Assembly (NCBI GenBank): GCA_043228905.1
Contig: JBHGNT010000015.1
Coordinates: 9,114,001-9,178,000, forward strand
DNA length: 64,000 nucleotides
Reading direction: 5' to 3'
Source: Azolla caroliniana
Lineage: Eukaryota > Plantae > Polypodiophyta
Shown: positions 60,901-64,000 of the stretch, one piece after another
How the letters are laid out: the number at the start of each line of letters is the position of its first letter
Numbering within the stretch: position 1 is the stretch's first letter
Notes under the pieces: generated by a model
Seen by the model: the letters and a program-made list of their open reading frames with translations, nothing else
Told to the model about the DNA's origin: nothing
The model's database searches: none
Translations under genes and position numbers: made by a program

Positions 60901-62826
60901 AGTTAGCCAGTTTATGCAACAACCAACAAAGCCACATTTGGACTGCATTAGAAGAATTTTGAGGTATGTAAAAGCTACTCAAAATTATGGACTCTTTTAC
61001 AAGGTTGTTCTGGACATAAAGTTAGAAGGATATACAGATGTTGATTGGGCTGGAAGCCAAACTGACAGAAGATCCAGAAGTGGATATATGTTTACATTGG
61101 GAAGTGCAGCTATTTCATGGAGTAGCAAGAACCAAGCTATTGTTGCACTATCAAGTACTGAAGCTGAATATAGAGGAGTTGCAATAGCCACATGTGAAGA
61201 GGTATGGATCAGAAGATTGCTTTTTGATTTGGGAGAGTATATAGATGGTGTAGTCACAATTTGGTGTGACAATATGAGCAGCATTCAGTTGGCAAAAAAC
61301 CCAGTGTTCCATGCAAGAACAAAGCACATTGAAGTGCATTATCACTTTGTTAGAGAAAAAGTGATTGATGGAGAAGTGGATTTGTTGTATGTAAGTACAA
61401 ATCAGCAAGTTGATGATATTCTTACGAAGGGATTGAGCATGGAAAAACATACACAGTTTAGAGATATGATGGGAGTTATAACCATCGGCATGGTAGCTGA
61501 AAAGCATGAAGAAAAGAAGATTGTAGATGATCCCAAGAAAGGGTAAGTTGAGCTTGAGGGGGAGTGTTGAGAAGCAAGCTCAACAAAGGTATGTGATGCT
61601 TATTGAGAAATAAGCTATACTAGCTATTAGCTAATTAGCTACTAGTTGACATAAAGGTGAAACAGCTATTTAGCTATGCACAACTATTTAGCTACTGATA
61701 GCTAACTAGCTACATATGTAAGTGACTTATATACTTAGGTAAAAAGTAAGTGTAGTAAGTTGTAAGAGAGTAGTTGTAATAACAAGAAAAACAAAAAATT
61801 GACGAGAGCGAGTTGAACTCTGCGTGTAATGAAATAGAAGAAGCTTTTTGGTTTGCTACACAGAGGTAAGTCTCCTTCCCCCTTTCCCTTTCTGTCTTGA
61901 GCACTAAACGATCCAGCACATCACGATCCGATGTGCACAAAGAAGAGCCAGGAGCGCCTTCAAAACACTTGCTTCATTGTGACAGCTAGAGTGCCATACA
62001 GCTAGCCAAGAATGTTGCATACCACTCCCGGACCAAGCATATACATAGAAGGTATCACTAGTTGTGAGAGAAAGTCAAAGAAGGAGAGTTTACTCTGGTG
62101 AAGATCCATACTGACGATAATGGATCCGACATGCTGACGAAGAACCTACCTATGGACAGACTTAGAGTCTATCAACAAAAGACAAGACTAACTGACTAAT
62201 TGACTCCCTCCCACAACAGTGAAGGGGGATTTTGTTGGGGAATATGTCCCTCCCATGGGAGGAGCCGATTTTCTGGAAGTAGCCGACAATCGAAGACAAG
62301 GAATAGCCGAATGTTCGGGCCGAGGAGAGCCGACAGTCAAAGAGTTAACAAATAGGGAGTCAACTGATTAACTGTTGACTATTATTATTATAGTTATAAT
62401 AATAGTAGCGATGTGTAGTAGGGGTTACACTTGTAAATAGCCCATATGATGTATTAGTATAAATATGCCTAGGGCAAATGTATAGGTGTGTTGTTGTAGA
62501 GAGTGTGTGTAGGGTGTAGGTTGGAGTTAATCATGTGAGTAGGAGAAGAGCAAAGTGAAGAGAGAGAGTGTGTCATGCCATAGTTGTGTGTGTAACAGAG
62601 AGAATGTGGTTTATACACTCAATAGGAGAGTGTTGTAATCTTCAGCATTGTATATCCACTATATAGTGAAGTTCTGTTCTCTTGTGGTTTTTGCCCGTTA
62701 TAGGGTTTCCACGTTAAATCTGCGTGCACTATTATCTTGTGTATCTGTGTTGTGTATTTCAGCATTTTCGTTCTTGTGAATTAATGATCCGATTCTCTTC
62801 AAGAATCGAGCTACCTAACCTCAACA
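54990..62826 (+). mobile_element. Decayed copia: extra RT/RH copy 54990-55575, protease, integrase, RT, RH, PPT, and 3' LTR 62233-62826; hosts a nested copia
   Basis: CTWIINSGASFH, IWHKRLGH, VRTDNGGEY, AFLHGELDEEIYM, YVDD. RH resumes at 61968. PPT gaaggggga at 62221. Confidence 0.9.
58625..61967 (+). mobile_element. Nested copia with both LTRs and TSD CTTGC, lacking protease and integrase
   Basis: LTRs 58625-59044 and 61565-61967. CTTGC at 58620-58624 and 61968-61972. PBS TGGTATCAGAGC at 59045, PPT ttgagggggag. gag at about 59174-60050 joins the RT-RH ORF 60059-61546. Confidence 0.95.
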
Positions 62827-62861
62827 CAACCCTCATCGAAGTTTACAGCGAATTGGACAAG

Positions 62862-63869
62862 ATGACCCGAGTAGCTCAACATATGGCGGGCAGTAGCAAA
62901 CATGCGCACAAACAAACCAAGACGGCTACAGAACTATGGCAGGCTTCGGATAGTCGAAGAACCAAGCTTGAGCAACGGTTCAAAGAAAATTGACAAGCAA
63001 ACACTCTCGCCCTTCCACCCCCTGTTTCCAACCAAGTGAAAATGTCCACACAAACCGAGGATGCAACTGACTCAGTGCCAGCCACCGAAATGACCAACGT
63101 TCCTCCACCCAACTTCGAAGAGGAGCTCACAGCGCAATCGATGATTGCTGAGAAAGCAAAAGAGCGTGATGAAGCAGCTAAAGCAGAAGCCAACCAACTC
63201 CGAGTGCAGGCAGCAAAACACGAAGTAGAACTCCAACAACTGCTCGGTGCACTGACAACTCAACTTCAAGAGACTAAAAGGAATGCCACTGCGTCTCTCA
63301 AGGCCCCTCACGACCTCGCGCCATCAAAATTAGCCAAAGTTGAGGAAGGGAATCAACAAGCATACAGCCGAACAATCCGAAGAACTCCTAACTCTGCAAA
63401 ACAAACTCTCAGAACTCCATATCTGCTCCCGTCAAAACCTTCAAATGTTAGACAAAGCCAGTAAGAGAAATATACATTGTCAAAGTCCCTCCACCGATTG
63501 CAAATCTGCATGACACTAGAACTCAAACAGCAGTGTGACCGATATCTACATGAGTTAGCCGATAATTGGGATCGACTCCTACAACGATACGACCTACATA
63601 CGAAGGAAATTGAGAAAAAACTTGCCGGATTTACTGTATCTTGCGAGATCCTCAAAGCGAAGCTCGAACGGGACGCCGCAGCGGCTAAAGAAGAACTGGA
63701 CATCCTCCGTGCCAAATATGAAATGGGCGAAACCCAAGTGAAGGCACTAGTGGCAAAGCACCGCCTAAAGCTGAATCAAAAAGTCCAAGAAGCACTCGCT
63801 CGCGGATGGAATGAACGGTTGACTCAAGCAGTGGAGTTACAGGTCTTCCGAGTAGATGCTGAAAACTGA
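62862..63869 (+). pseudogene. Decayed coiled-coil-rich ORF, probably a retrotransposon accessory ORF
   Basis: ORFs 63036-63464 and 63477-63869 are in the same frame and rich in E/K/A/L heptads. No recognisable domain. Confidence 0.4.
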
Positions 63870-64000
63870 AGAAAAGAAGGCCACGGATTTTACAAAATGG
63901 ATGAAAACAACATTCAGATCCTCCGCGAAGACCTCGCCGAGGAATTCTAAGCCTTGCCCCGAACACACACCACGGCCATCGGAAACCTCCTCGAGTAATT

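Noticed and set aside
58755-61940. Similar minus-strand ORFs at 58755-59045 and 61710-61940
   Set aside because: They are translations of the two LTRs of the nested copia.

Overview
Eukaryotic (land-plant) genomic DNA, probably from a non-seed plant such as a fern, lycophyte or bryophyte; this is inferred from the TE lineages. About 90% of the window is nested, mostly decayed transposable elements around one intact host gene, an intronless non-RD LRR receptor-like kinase (40137-42683, minus). The TEs include: many Ty1/copia fragments; several Ty3/gypsy elements with tRNA-Arg-like PBS; one young, apparently intact gypsy (15048-22008, 726-bp LTRs, CTATC TSD) with a degenerate native RNase H followed by a second archaeal-type RNase H; a chromovirus (31598-37500) with an internal inversion, a self-priming PBS and a tRNA-like A-box/B-box module in its LTR; LINE fragments; and a Mutator-like foldback element with a 9-bp TSD. 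Other oddities are an insertion bounded by inverted LTR ends with a 5-bp TSD, a conserved unnamed 3' ORF in two diverged gypsy elements, telomere repeats patched into an integrase, and TATA boxes in hairpin loops in several LTR families. All comparisons were made by eye; no searches were run.
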